From Marsupella aquatica (Eukaryota > Plantae > Marchantiophyta), in contig OZ316896.1 of NCBI GenBank assembly GCA_973895155.1, positions 12,876,549 through 12,940,548 on the forward strand: a stretch of DNA of 64,000 nt. Reading direction: 5' to 3'. A model generated the notes under the pieces. That model ran no database searches. It was not told the DNA's origin and saw only the letters and a program-made list of their open reading frames with translations. Of this stretch, positions 1-13,069 are shown piece after piece (position 1 is the first letter of the stretch; each line of letters begins with the position of its first letter). The translations under genes were made by a program, and so were the position numbers.

Positions 1-637
1 GCCTAACCACGCTTAGCACGCGCTGTAAGGGTATCTTAGGCCGTAATTATTAACGTAACGACAGTATTTAGGTAGCCATTATGAGTAGGAATCATTAGTC
101 AATAAGGGACATTCGTGTTCGGGCTGGCGATAGGTCGTTGTTTGCATGCCCGGGCTGCGAGCGTGTAATGGGCGCCTTTTCCCCCCTCCCTCTCGGGTCC
201 GTATAACAAACTCGGCGGCGGCCACTGACCAGCGGAGTGGCCAGTACACTCCAAGCGTGAAAGGCTCGGCCTATAAGCAACGAGGAGGCATCGGGCGACC
301 GACGAGCTCTCAGGGTATAAAAGGGGGCCGAACCTTTGCAGTGCGTTAGTTCTTCAGTCCACGCCCCAGCTTCGACCCCAGTTTTCTTGCTTATCCTTAG
401 TCGCCTTCTATCTCCTCTAAATGTCGCACACGATCCTTTCCAATTTGGCCATATGATTCTGGACGCAGTTCCTGTCTATCGGAGGGCACTTGGCCGACTT
501 GTTGAATCATGCCAACCCATGACGATACGAGATCGAACGCGAGTACGAGAGAGCCATCCGCCTAGCAGGCCGCCATCACTCTCCTTAACTTTGATTACCC
601 GTCCCAGAGCGAGCTTTACCGACCCGAAGAAATATCA
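1..637. mobile_element. LTR copy A (5' ~40 bp outside window), ends ...GAAGAAATATCA
   Basis: Colinear with high but imperfect similarity to 7021-7666. TATA-like GGTATAAAA near 313. CA terminus at 637; the other copy starts TG. Confidence 0.7.
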
Positions 638-721
638 GGGTACTTCTTCAACGGGGGCAAATACATCGGCCTCTGGGAGGCACTACTTTGGCTTCCAGAC
701 AAGGTCTTTGATATCCCGGGC

Positions 722-3027
722 ATGATAGACTTACAACGGCACCACTTTGACCACATCCCCGCTCGGGTTTGGGCCATCATCAACAGCGAGTCCAACACTA
801 CCCAGTCTACAAGGGCGTCTACACTTGCTTCGAAAAACCTCCACTGGCACTTGCAGAACTTCATGGCAACTACACCATCAACGACCGGTGCCGGCCCGCC
901 CGTGGCCGTACCCGCACACACACCCCCTCGGCCTCAGCCAAGCCGATACCCGCCACCGGTTGCACCACCTCTCCGAGTACAATCCGTGGTGAATGCAATG
1001 AATATTAGCTCCAAAGACAAGGAGGCTCATCCCCCTCTGAATTGGCGGCCGCGGGGTACGACGCTATAGTCGCCGAACAACCCGGCGCCACTCTAGCAAG
1101 CCCGAGGGGATAACACGGTGATTGTAGCAGCCCCGGCACCAATACTCACGGCAATAGCACTACCGCCACCAGATAGGGAGGATGGGGAATTCTCCCCCTC
1201 TTCCAGTCACCCCAGGAATCATTCCCGAGGAAGGAAGAGGAAGGAACCCGCAGCCGTATCCGAATTGCCTTTGGCCATGGTTGCGGTAGCCAAGCTGACC
1301 ATGCATCGCATGGGGGATAATGTTCACAAGAACATCCTCCACCCCAAGCATGCATGCTATCTGAAGACCCAAGGGTTTGAGCACCTCGCCTCTCTTCCTT
1401 GGAACGGAAGCAGGTACTATGGGTAGGATATGACGGAGTTCATTCAGAACTTCGACGAGGCACGTCAACAAATCCGAGCGCACGAGAGAATGATGTGTCT
1501 CAATGAGGCACGTTTGAAGATGATTTTTGGCCTACCCAAGGGGATAAACCAGGTAGAGTAGTGGGCTCCTGGGGGCAAGGGAGCTAAATACCAGTCTTCT
1601 AGCTGCCCGACCGAGGGAGCAGTGGACAACGGATTCTTGATGAGGACGTGCCTCATCCCAGAAGTGGCAGAACGCCTGGAGTTCCAACAGTATGCCCTCC
1701 ACATGATGGAACCCAAAGGCAAAATATCGGCCGCCCAGGTCATTCAGGTGGAGAACTATCGGCCCAGGAAGTGGGCGTCCTTCTTCGTCAAGAAGTTCCA
1801 TGAGGAGATGGAGCGGAGAAGAAAGACTTTATACCTTGGCGGAAAGGCGTACTTCGCTAGCCACATCGAAATCATCATTGAGTGGTACGCTCGTTTCGAC
1901 CGCCGCGGCCTCCCACGTATCAACGAGCCTGAGCTAACCCCATCAAAGTGGGTGTTTCCAGCCTAGGTGAGGCGATCGCAGCCCGAGGCCCAAAGTCTGG
2001 TAGCTGCAAGCCCTGCTACCCCGGCCCTGCAACCTGCCATTGCCGCCCCACCAAGCATACCCATGGACGTTATCGCGACCTTAGACGCGATCAATCGGGT
2101 CAACGCAATCGAAGTCGGGCCGGATGAAGCCATACCCGAACCAGATATCACGGTAGCCAAGGAGATTCTGCCACCCCCCACGGTTGTGCAGGAGACCCAC
2201 CTAGCTCCAGTGGAACCAGCCCCTTCGACCGACTTACCTCAAGGGCTGGATGTTTCCACTCCTACTCCCGCACGGGTTGGAGTCTGCTCGTGCCCAAATC
2301 TAGATGGACATAGTCTAGACCATCCGGAACTCTTTGCGCCGGGCACGTTTCTGAACGGGTTGTTGGGAGATTTCTCTCAAAAGATCTCATGGGACACCGG
2401 GGAATACATGGCCCAAAAGGTAGCCTACTTCTTCAACCAGGAGTTGGTTGTGGCTGTAAAGGCAGGACATGCGCAGGCGAAGATAGCGCAGAGAATAGAG
2501 CGATACCGGGCTGAGTCTGCCTACCTGAAGGACGAAGTGGCAACCTAGAGGCTAAACTCTAGCAACTGCGGCCTTAGGTAACGGCCACGGAGGACCAGGT
2601 TGCTGAGGCCAGGGCCCGAGCAACCTTAGCAGAACAGGCTGGGCTCGGAAAGGACGCCGACATTGCATGGCTCCGGACCAAGATCGATGGTTTGAAGGGA
2701 CAAACCATCATTTGGCAGAAGGATCTGGAAGAAGCTGACTCTCGGTCTCAACGGAACACAGCCGAGATTGACACCCTGAAGACAAAGGTGGCGCGGCTTC
2801 ATGGAGAAGCCACGAAGTAGGCCCAGTTGGTGGATAAGCTGATGAGCGACGCCCAGCAACTGGAGGAGGCATGCCAGGAGGCCGCGGAAGAGGCAGACAC
2901 GGCGAAGCGGAAGAACGAATCTCTGTTGGACCAGGTCCAGCTACTCAAGCAGGATGCCGATAGGCTCAGGAGGCAGCGGGATAGTCGCTCCCACTCAGGC
3001 GGCTTTGGCAAGCGTGTCAGGCATTAG
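722..3027 (+). pseudogene. Decayed ~770-aa retrotransposon accessory ORF (Pro-rich N-terminus, globular middle, C-terminal coiled coil), Gypsy/Tat-like extra ORF
   Basis: ORFs at 722, 1118, 1622 and 1967 share one frame and are separated by TAG stops. A coiled-coil tail (KLMSDAQQLEEACQEAAEEADTAKRKNESLLDQVQLLKQ) follows a frameshift. Adjacent to an LTR. The family assignment is inference. Confidence 0.55.
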
Positions 3028-3949
3028 TGGCAGAGTAGGATTAAAATAGAGTTAGGAATAGCTAAAACAGGCTATAGGAACAAGAGCCTGCCCTAGTTAA
3101 AGCGGCACTGCCATGTTGTCCGGCCTGCGTAGATTAGGATCTTCTAATAAGACAAGCCATTTTCCGGCCTGACAGTCAGCTTAGTTAGGATCTTAGTTAG
3201 CAAATCTTCGGGCACGAGGCCACTCTGGTCCTCGGCTTTTAGTATTTAGTGCACCCCTCGGTAGAGGCGGGGGGTTTTTGTTAGTCTCAAAGTGGGGCAT
3301 CCGCGGTATGTGCACGGAGTCCCAACCTCTGCGAGTGAAAGGGTACCAAGGGGAGGGGGTAGGACTAAGCTCATTGGGCAAGTGCGGAGCCGGGCTCCAT
3401 TGTAGTGTACACCCTCGGCCTTGGACCTGTTCATATGAGAGCTTTTGGGTCAACTAAGTGTACGTGTATGTCCCCTATGTAGTAAAATCCTTTCCCATTA
3501 TTTCCTTCGTGTAAATCGAGATTTTATGCTTGCATATGTGTGAATCTCGTGTACGGGTGCCAACGCTTGGCCGAACGCACTACCTGAGCCATGCACGGGG
3601 TGCAGCTTGCGGGTAAGTGGTTGCGAGCCCGGGTTGAGTGACCGTATCATCGAATCCGGATTGAAGGCGGACAGCACGAAGGCTTAAAATCCCGTAAGCC
3701 GGGGTCAATCTCACTATTGACTAAGGTACATTCCGGTGGCGGAACATAAACCATACCTAGGAGGTGTCCGTAAATGATAGTAGACACACTTAGCGCTAGT
3801 TTACGTGAGTTAGGTGCATTCCGGGCTTCCCTCCCTGCCCAAACCCTCATATTTACGAAGGATGTGCCTGTCTAAGCCAAAGCCCGGGTTAAGGCCTAGG
3901 CTGACGACGTGACACCCTCATTCCGGATCTTGTTTAGGGGGAGATTGAC

Positions 3950-4340
3950 CATGAGTTATATGATCAGAGAGAAAAGAAGGTGCTCCAAGCAAGGAGTTGG
4001 TTCATCTGCCATATGAATAAGATGAGTTTTTTAAGTTATTGAGAAGCAAGTGATTGCCTTTGAGCCTCAATTTGTACCAACAAACGTTGAACAATTGGAG
4101 TCATTGACTAGGAGAATATTTGGTTACACAGTATACGCTCTTCCCAGGTTTGGACAGTGAGTAGATTCATCTCAATTGCAAGAGGAGAATTTTGTTGTTG
4201 ATGATGATTGAGGGTGATATGTTGATTTTGGAAGAAGTGCTTCAAAGAAGAAGTAAAAGTGGACTACAACAATGCAAACAAAGATGCAATTACTAAAGGA
4301 CAACAAAACTTGGGACCTTTTCAAGCTACTTGAGGGCCCT
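3950..4340 (+). mobile_element. Ty1/Copia pol fragment (pre-RT region)
   Basis: 4257-4337 translates KWTTTMQTKMQLLKDNKTWDLFKLLEG, matching Copia W..AM..E...L..N.TW.LV.LP.G. Confidence 0.65.
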
Positions 4341-5105
4341 AACGGATTTTGAGTTCTTAGGGCTTGAGTGGGAGCTCTTTGTGAGCCCATTCAAGGCCAA
4401 CCATGGGTTACTTCATGTGCAACAGATGTCTAGCGCATGAGATACAGCATGACCCCAGTGCAACTATCTAGAACGGGGTCTGGGGGGCATGATCAGTCCC
4501 TCATTGCCATAGCTTCAAGAAGCTCCAAATGTCAATTCGGTAATCAACTCCAGAGAGGACTTCAATGAACAAACTATCAGAGAGCTTCAAGCAGCACCAA
4601 GCTGTACTCTCAGAGCAATCAATAGCTCACAATCTCCAATCTACCAACGGCTGATCTGACTTGAGCTACCACAAGTCAACCAGCAAGATCTAAACAATCC
4701 AAGCTACCATGGATCAACTCTGCAATACAGCAAGCTTCGAAACAACTTTGAATCAACCTGAAGTGATCTTTCAATGTAATCTTCAATGGATGAAATCAAA
4801 CAACGATCAGTGCTAATCCAATATCAATCCCGTCCGACGCGATCACACATATATGTCAAGCCCAACGCACCTTGTGCTTCAAGGAATCCACGTTACATGC
4901 ACACAACCTGGTCAGCCACACCATAGCCACCAAGCTCATGCTCAAAGGCTCAACATTGAAAGATGAGGCCTTTGAGCCAACACAAGGGGATAAATATCCT
5001 TCACACCAACTCAAACTAAACACAAAGTGCTCATATAGCACACATACAAAACCTCTATACCCTAAATAGTACGATATACTTTACTACCACTCTAAATGGT
5101 GTGAC

Positions 5106-6981
5106 AGCCCCAGGGCATTCGATTGATGATGGGTTTTGTGGCTCTAGGCATGAGCAATGGGATAGCCCGATCACAACGGGCTAAGACACGCCGCCTATGG
5201 ATGCCTAGCTAGAAAATTATGGGCATGACAAGTTAGTTGCGTGCCCACGCGTGTGGGATGGGGTACAGGTAGGGGGCCAGAATTTTGGGAACAAAGTAGG
5301 TATGGGGGTGTCAGGTCTCCACAAAGCATATATGAGGGGAGTGGTGTGTCCCTGGGGGCCAAGGGCGAGCCCAGGTCGTGGCCGGGAGACGCCAAACGGA
5401 AATGACAATAACTTCATGATGGGAAGTTTGTTTGACGACTTCTTGGGTGCGTTGCCTCCTGAGCTCAGATGGGTCTGGGGTGCCATGCATTCACGAGGAT
5501 TGCAGGGGCTATCTTGCCTGCTTGCCAAATCTTACCGAAACATGTGAAGTGCTCTAGTTCAGGGAATTCCAACCCCAAATAGTCTTAGCCCAAAAACCCA
5601 TCGCATTTGGTGTTATGATCTATTCAAACTCTCTTAATTCTTAAGATAACCAGCATTAATTAAGGACAAACAATAATTCCAGGATAAGACCAATTACAAT
5701 GTAGACTGTATTTGTATTTTAGTTCACAATCTTTAATGTTAAATTTCTAGAGAGTACCCTGACCTGGTTGTAATGTGTAGTGTGATCTTTGATATCGATT
5801 CTTTGAGTGTTGTTCCCATTGGGGACTACCTTGTCCTAGTTGTAATTTGGTTAGTGATCTATGATATTGAACATTTTTTTTAACTTGCTTCCAGAATATG
5901 GTAGGGGGCATTTTAATCTTTCCCAGCCAAAAGTTCTATGGATCTACTTCTTCTAGTATTTTATTTACACCTAGTGGAAGATATGCTGGCTGCCTATTTT
6001 AACAACCTGTTTCAATAGAAAACAAGTTTCCTGGTGCAGTTAGTCTCCCATTAAGCATTTAATTCGGCATGTCCAAGACTTGTCACTGAGCTGATGACTT
6101 TAGTCTATGTTGGTCCTAGTTTTTAGAACATTGAAAAAAATTTATATCAATTTTGTTGCTATTTTTTAATTTAATTTTTGCTTTCTTCCTCCTGCTTTTA
6201 TTTGTTAATTGCTTTTTGTTAAGAAAGAGCCACAAGTTTAAGGAAGTTTATGAATGGGTTCTTTTTTGAAGTTTTTTAGGAAGAATTGCACCAAAACAGT
6301 CATCATGTTTGCATATAGGTTGAGTATCTTTGCAACGTACCTTCCTATGCGGTTTACTCCGGAGCTCTATCAGGAGTTTCACTTCACCGCTCAGTAGGGT
6401 ATAAGTCTTCTCCGCTTTGTTGTAGGTTCCTTCTTTGTGTCATTGTTCCTTTGCTGTTATGGGGGACCCATCGGCTTGTTAGACCCTCTGGTCTTTTTGG
6501 ACCCTTTTTTGCTCCTCTCTCTCTCCTCTTCATTGGATTGTTTTGCTGGTGGGATCCTGTCTCCTGGTTTGGCATTCTTGCCCTTTGGCACGGTCATAGA
6601 TAGTGTCACAAATGTCATTTCTTCTTATTTCCCCGAACGGCTCACATACTGCACAACCCAATTTTTTTTAATATCAATTTTTTAGGATTAATTCTTGTTT
6701 GTGCCAACCTAATTGCAACAACAGCTCATTCATGCCATGCTACGATGTGGATGTAACATTTCTTGACACATAAACTTCTCCTCTCATTTCCTGCTTGAAG
6801 GCCACTAAATAGTAATGAAGATTGAGCAATTGGGGAAAATGAAATCACTGCTACCACTCATCTTGTAGCCTTATAGTGGTGAACCAAAGATGGGATAGTA
6901 GATCTTCTTGAAGACTGGTGGTTTGACTTTTGACCTACAAAGAGAAAAGAGGCGAATCCAAACCGACACCACATAGCTCCT
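5106..6981 (+). repeat. 1.87-kb segment, inverted duplicate of 31094-32959
   Basis: Reverse-complement match along the whole length. Mirrored ORFs: 5251-5547(+) vs 32521-32736(-), and 6384-6575(-) vs 31368-31688(+). Confidence 0.95.
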
Positions 6982-7666
6982 TGTGATGCCGCCGGTAAGG
7001 CGGGTAATGAGTGATTCGGCATAACAACGCTTATCACGCGCGTTAGGGGTATCTTAGGCCGTAATTATTAGCGTAACGACAGTATTTAGGTAGCCATTAT
7101 GAGTAGGAAATCATTAGTCAATAAGGGGCATCCGTGTTCGGCCCGGCGGCGGGTCGCCATTTGCACGCCCGGGTTGCGAGCGTGTAATGGGCCCCTTCCT
7201 CGGGTCCTATAACAAACTCAGGGAGGCGGCCACTGGACACACGTTGACCCAGACTAGCGGATTGTCCTGTACACTGCAAGCGTGAAAGGCTCAGCCTATA
7301 AGCGAAGAGGAGGCGTCGGGCGATCAACGAGCTCTCAGGGGTATAAAATGGGGGCCTATCCTTGGCAGGGCACCAGTTCTTCAGTTCACACGCCAGCTTT
7401 GACCCCAATTCTCTCAATCAGCCTTAGTCGCCGTCTATCTCCTCTGAATGTCACACACGATCCTTTCCAGTTTGGCCATACAATTCTGGACACAGTTCCT
7501 GTCTATCGGAGGGCACTTGGCCGACTCATTGAAACACGCCAACCCGCGCCGATACAAGATCGAACGCAAATACGAGAGAGCCATCCGCCTAGCAGGCCGC
7601 CACCACTATCTCCTTAACTTTGAGTACCCATCCTAGAGCGAGCTTTACCGACCCGAAGAGGTATCT
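6982..7666. mobile_element. LTR copy B (TGTGATGCC...GAAGAGGTATCT), no matching target-site duplication
   Basis: TG start; colinear with 1-637; left flank CTCCT differs from right flank ATATC. Confidence 0.7.
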
Positions 7667-7672
7667 ATATCA

Positions 7673-7781
7673 TGGAGATGAGGTTGCCACAAGGGAATGT
7701 GAAGCTCCATTGTGATAGTCAAAGTGCGCTCCACCATGTTGTGAACCAGGTGATGGACAATAGAGTGAAGCACATTGACGT
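7673..7781 (+). mobile_element. Ty1/Copia RNase H fragment, 5' part
   Basis: Translates MEMRLPQGNVKLHCDSQSALHHVVNQVMDNRVKHIDV (Copia CD.QSA...KHID motif). Confidence 0.85.
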
Positions 7782-10118
7782 GGGGGGCCTCACTCTAAAG
7801 GGGTCTCATAATATGCTCGATGTTTATAACTATTAAACACCCTAAAAAATAAGAAAAAATCACTTTGAGCTATTTTCTCACCCTATCATTTTGGAATATT
7901 CTCAAATATTTGTCAAGGAGCTTAAGTGACTTTTGTCCTAAAAAAACTACCTAATACCTGCTCCATGCCATACCAGAGTCACAAAGGATTGACAAAACTT
8001 CTGAAATATGCTTGCAAATTCTAATCACACCATACATAAGTAGTTTCAATTCTCCACTTCTAGAGAGATAGTCACATTGACTACTTTTGCACTCACACAC
8101 TTCCTCTCTCCTCTACTCCAATGAATAGCAAGAGGGATATCCACTCCAAGCTGTCACCCTAGAGTAGACCTTCATAAAAACACCCAAGAACCCAAAGTAT
8201 TTTCCTCTTCAAGCTTCAGTCCCCCTTAGACCTTCAAAGTAGTGTTATCCTTTGAACTTGCCTCCCTAGCCTTGGTTTGGGCCCACATATCCCCTTTGAA
8301 TACCCTAAGATACAATAATCTCTAAGTCCCAAAGTAGTGCTTCACCTTAACTTTGTCTTCCTGGCCTTGGTTGTGTACCAGCACATCGCCTTCAAGCTTA
8401 GACGAAGATTGCACCCTAACATGGACTCTTCTCTTGCTCTCATACACTTTAAATTTCCTCACACTTAATGGTCACAATGAAAATTGAGAAGACTTTTTTC
8501 ATTGCATACTCAATCCTTACAAAACAGATCTTCTACAAAATACTCACACTATGTATGGACCTCACCTCCTTCTCAAGCTTAGCCCCAACTTAGCAAGGTA
8601 GAGCCTCTACTTTGAGAACTAAGAATTTTGGGCCCTTAACAAAGGAAAACTTCTACCTTATATACTATTCTCCTTCTACACCACACCAAGCTCAACTTGG
8701 GGTCCAATTACACCTCCCCCAAGTCCTCCTCACACGCAAAATCCAGATCTATAGTTCATAGCCCACTCTACAACTTGCTCTTTGACTTCTTCCAAGCCCT
8801 GAAATATGCCATACATGAGTTGCATGCTTTGACCCCAAAACATTCTCCTATTTATGGTCCTCCTTGCTAGCTTTCCCACCCACTTGAAAGCTTGCAAAAA
8901 GAGTACCCAAGCCAAAAGTTATGCCTAGTCAAAGTTGGCTCCTTATTTACTAGTCCTTACCACCCTAAGTAAATTGCCTTATCCACTTACTTTCTTTACA
9001 CTAACGGCCGTGCATCTTTGCCCAAAGTTAAGTACCCTTTCCTAGAGCCTAACAAAAGTGGTACATGGGTGCAAGAAAGGTCAGCCGAGTTAATTTTGGT
9101 TTCATTCCCCTATGTCGGCTCCGGTTTGCAAGGTATCGGGACCCCCTCTTGGCCTCGCCTAAAAATATATTTGGATGTTTCTTTTCTTGGGTTTTTACCT
9201 TCACTAAGGGGTGCCTTACCTTCCCTTGACTCAACACAAAAACATTTGGGCCCCAATGGATGCTCCTAGCCCAAGTTATGTCCGTTTTCATTTGGCTATT
9301 TTGGGTGTAAAGTAGGTGTAAATTGCATCCCATTTACACTTAACCTTTACACGCCCCTTGTGGGGATTCCAAGTGTCACCAGGGGAGGACTCCTCACTAT
9401 TACTCAAGAATGTCGAGGCCAGTGAAGGGAGAAATTTCAAAAATTTCAGATTGTCCAAAAGGAAACAGCAGCCATAGCTTGTTGGTTCAGCAATCACTCT
9501 TGATTCTTAATGGTTGTGCTCTCTTGCTTTCCTCTCAAGAGAAAACGTTTGTACTGACCCCCCTTCATGACCATGCCAAAACTCACCCAAAGGGCCAAAA
9601 GTACTTCTTAGAATATCCCCTTGAATCCCTGGTCATAGGACTTGCTCCTAAATTGATCAAACTTGCTAAATAGTTCATAATGATTTTTCTAAAATTACCT
9701 AAGTTTGCTCAAATCTACAATGCGCACTACTTTTCCTCAACTTTGAAATGCTCCCAAAAAGTAAGAAAAGATGACCAAGTACTTCGAAGATATTCCATGG
9801 ATATTATGGGTTGTACTAAACTCAATTCTAAACTCGAACCCACAAAATTTAACCCTTAGCTATTTTCCCCAAGACCCGCTAATTAGTTATTTTAAGTTTT
9901 GCCAAAATACTCAGAACTCCTAGGTTCCAAAAATTATTTCTAAAATCCTATCTTCTCTTATAATTCTCAAAATTGGATTAAAAAAACCCCAATGTTCATT
10001 TCAAGGAAAAAAAACTAATGTTCTTCTACATACATTTAAAAATATTATTCTCAACCCAATAAACAAACCCTGTACTTACTTTCACATGATGGGAAGAAAA
10101 CAAATAAGTGAGGACATT
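7782..10118. mobile_element. ~2.3-kb non-autonomous TIR element (GGGG..TCACT family) inserted in the Copia RNase H
   Basis: Left end GGGGGGCCTCACT, right end AGTGAGGAC. Subterminal sequence resembles the short copies at 30246, 52916 and 54905. Copia coding resumes after it. Confidence 0.6.
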
Positions 10119-10815
10119 TGACATCAATTAATTTGTTTGAGCTAGTCAAGATTAATGATAGACTCAACTTGGCTAATGCCTTTACTAAAGTGATTCATTT
10201 GGAAAGGTTTTCCAGACACCGTGAGTTGTTGCAGATTTTACAATTGCATCATAAGTACTAGGGTTTTCTTAACATTTTTGTAATTACTGATATATGTTCT
10301 TGTTCATTCCTATATATCAACTACGACCTAGTTATGGTTTGTTCTAGTTAGAAAGGGAAATTGGTTTGGTTTTTGTCTAGAACTTTCTATTGAGTAATCA
10401 TCATAGGTTAGCAATATCACCCTCCCCTAGACCAAAGTCGATCAAGGGGAATTAGTGTAGGTAGAGCTAATCTGTAGAGTGTGTTCCCATGAACGTAGCC
10501 TCAATGAGGTGAACCACGTATCTCTTTATGTCGATTACTTGTGCAATGGATGATCACATCACGTGAATTAAACCAGGTATCACTCACTTGGATAGAAGGA
10601 ACTCAGGTTGCTCATGGTTATAGAGCTAATTGAGAGATAGGAGAACTCATATTGTGGAGATTCGGTATGGCCAATAGGCCTAGAGTGCAATAAAGCTTTT
10701 GTGTGTTCCCGTGGACGTAGCCTCAACTGAATTAAACCACGTATCACGTTGTGTTGACTACTTATGTGTTGGATGATGATGGGCTTGCCATTATGAATGT
10801 TGTCTTTGCTCAACA
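10119..10815 (+). mobile_element. Ty1/Copia RNase H C-terminus, polypurine tract and 3' LTR remnant
   Basis: Translates ELVKINDRLNLANAFTKVIHLERFSRHRELL (NLAD.FTK motif). PPT AAGGGGGAA at ~10444. LTR-like sequence ending CTCAACA is similar to 33630-33872. Confidence 0.7.
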
Positions 10816-10879
10816 CATAGGACCACATCTCCCCATCACTTGCGCATTGGCAGACCTATTGATCAATTTGCATTACTAA

Positions 10880-11430
10880 TCCAATATCAATGAGAAGGAT
10901 GGAACACATACCATATTTTCCTGCGTATTTGGAGACTAGCCCTGCTCATCTCAAGAAGATCCACGGCCCACTCAGAACAATGACTCACAAAGCAATAAGA
11001 ACACATCACTCCCAACCTGAAGATGTTGTGGGCCAATAAGTGGATAACTTGCAGGGCAGCAAAAAAATTTGTTTTTTTATGGCAACTGGTTTTTAGGATA
11101 CCAGCCACCCAACATTGGCACCTACCGACATTACCACCAACAGATCCCGGCACTTGGTGCACGAGGTCTACCCTTCATAGGTCAGCAAGAGGATCTGGTC
11201 CACGTACTACACCTAGAGTCGTCCAGTCTTGGAATCGGTCTGGTCCTAGGTCCAATCCATTCTACAACTGGCAGCCTCCACTAGCAGCACAGTAATCCAA
11301 CTCCAACCAAAGCACATTTTTGTTGGGGCTTCTCTACCTGAGTTTTGGGATGTACCCGGGAAACTATGGCACACCCTTTGTGCCATAGTTTGTTGGCACA
11401 TTTGCAAGGATCTCAGCTCCCATTTCATTG
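10880..11430 (+). mobile_element. L1-type LINE ORF2 C-terminal (zf-RVT) remnant
   Basis: Contains KKFVFLWQLVFRIPAT...WCTR...EDLVHVL and LWHTLCAIVCWHICKD (WHIWK.R motif), with frameshifts. Confidence 0.65.
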
Positions 11431-11538
11431 AGCTTACCAGATCGAAAGCCCTGTAATTCAGAAATCTTGGCATTGTCTTAGTGTCTACCTCCGTTGAGAT
11501 TGGACCAAACCTCGGGGGGTTGACTATCAACAATCTTA

Positions 11539-11770
11539 GGAACCACGTGCGATCCAAAATAGGTATTTTTCATATAAATTAGTTAAATTTTTAAAAAGCG
11601 TAGGAAGCAAAAGAAGGTATTATAAACCTATAAATATTGTAGAATATTGTCTAATTTATACCTTTTATAAAGTAAAATAGGTCATTAGTATTGAAAATAG
11701 AGAATAATTTTAAAATATTCCCATTATAAAATAGGTGTGTTTATATTAGGCTAGGATCGCACGTGGTACC
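11539..11770. mobile_element. MITE with 17-bp TIRs and AT-rich core
   Basis: GGAACCACGTGCGATCC (11539-11555) vs GGATCGCACGTGGTACC (11754-11770), one mismatch. TTA on the left. Confidence 0.75.
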
Positions 11771-12389
11771 CCAAAATATACACTAATTTAACCCCCCGAA
11801 GACCAAACACTAGTCCAGAATTTAGTCTGGCAAATCCTCTTAAGTAGGAAACACCTTCAACAACATGTCATTTAGCTATAGGACCTGGGCCAGGCAATGG
11901 GATATCCACGAGGAGATACTCCAAGTGCCACCAGTTCGTACATCCCCCCCCATATATGAATCCTCTCTATTCTTCAAGTTCAGGACCTGTGCAGGTTGGA
12001 ATCGACACTATATATTTAGCGGACACTATATATTTAGCGCCTGTATCATGGATCCAGTGATGGGTACCCCACCAGTCCCCTGTTCACTGGCCGGTCTCTT
12101 GGGGTTTTGCCGCTCCTTATACAGTGGTTAAATTTCTAGTTTAGCTCCCTTTCTGAACATTTGTGCTTCTTTCCTAGTGCCTGTCCCTCCGGTTTTGTGG
12201 CTTCCCGACCTTTTGGTCCACCTGGGTGCCGACCCCCTTTGTGGGCAACCCCTGTTGTGTGCTGGACTTTTTTTAATGTATTTCAGTTCATTTTTTGGGG
12301 GAAAAGACTATAGGCGAAAGGAAGTAAGGAAATTTTGCCAACCAGGCAGCTTGCATCCCACCCTAGCAATAGGTGCACTAAGTGGTAAA

Positions 12390-12680
12390 GTAGAGGTCAA
12401 AACCTCTTTGGTGGTGTGCTTGTATACTTTTTGCACAAACTCCACCCAAAGTGGAGTCTTCCGTTGTGCTTGTATACTTTTGGCACAAACATTACCCAAA
12501 GTGGAGTCTTCCGTTTCACCCGAAAAGTTCCATTGTTAGAGAATTTCAGCGGTGATTTTCACAACTTGACCTCTTCGGTGTTGTGCCCTTATACTTTTGC
12601 ACAAACTCTACCCAAAGTGGAGTCTTCATTTCACCAAAAAATTTCCATTGTTAGAGAATTTCAGCAGTGATTGTCACACC
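12390..12680. repeat. Degenerate tandem repeat (TATACTTTT.GCACAAAC..ACCCAAAGTGGAGTCTTC x3)
   Basis: Copies at ~12422, ~12471 and ~12590. Downstream TTCCATTGTTAGAGAATTTCAGC is also duplicated. Confidence 0.8.
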
Positions 12681-13069
12681 TCAGGAACTAAAGGGGTTGT
12701 ACCATGTGTGAGTTGATGGAGGTTGTTTGGTTTCACAGTCAATGCAACCATATAAATTTTCCCGAGGGCTTACTTGTCATGATAGGTGATGTATGAGATC
12801 AGTGGAGACTTCCCATGACTTTTTCACCTTTGTCAGGTGTTGAGGCTGCACTGCACACAGACCAATAATTTTAAAAACCCTTTCAGGGATCCACTAGAAG
12901 GAACCTCCCCGGAACTTGATCACTGGCCGGTCTTTAGGAGTGTGCTACTCCCATTGTAGTTTTAAACTGCTTGTTTAGTTGCCTCCTTATGAGGCTCAGT
13001 TTCTTCCCTGGTGCAGATCTCCTCGGTCTTAGCACATCTACCTTTGATCCTGTGGGATGGTGTCCCTCT

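Noticed and set aside
1-7666. Single intact LTR retrotransposon bounded by LTR A and LTR B
   Set aside because: No gag-pol, no clear PBS, no PPT before 6982, and the interior is a patchwork of unrelated repeats.
12390-12680. Hairpin-containing repeats (ACTCCAC-CCAAA-GTGGAGT) resembling a CRISPR array
   Set aside because: Only three degenerate copies, irregular spacing, duplicated spacers, no cas genes, and a eukaryotic context.
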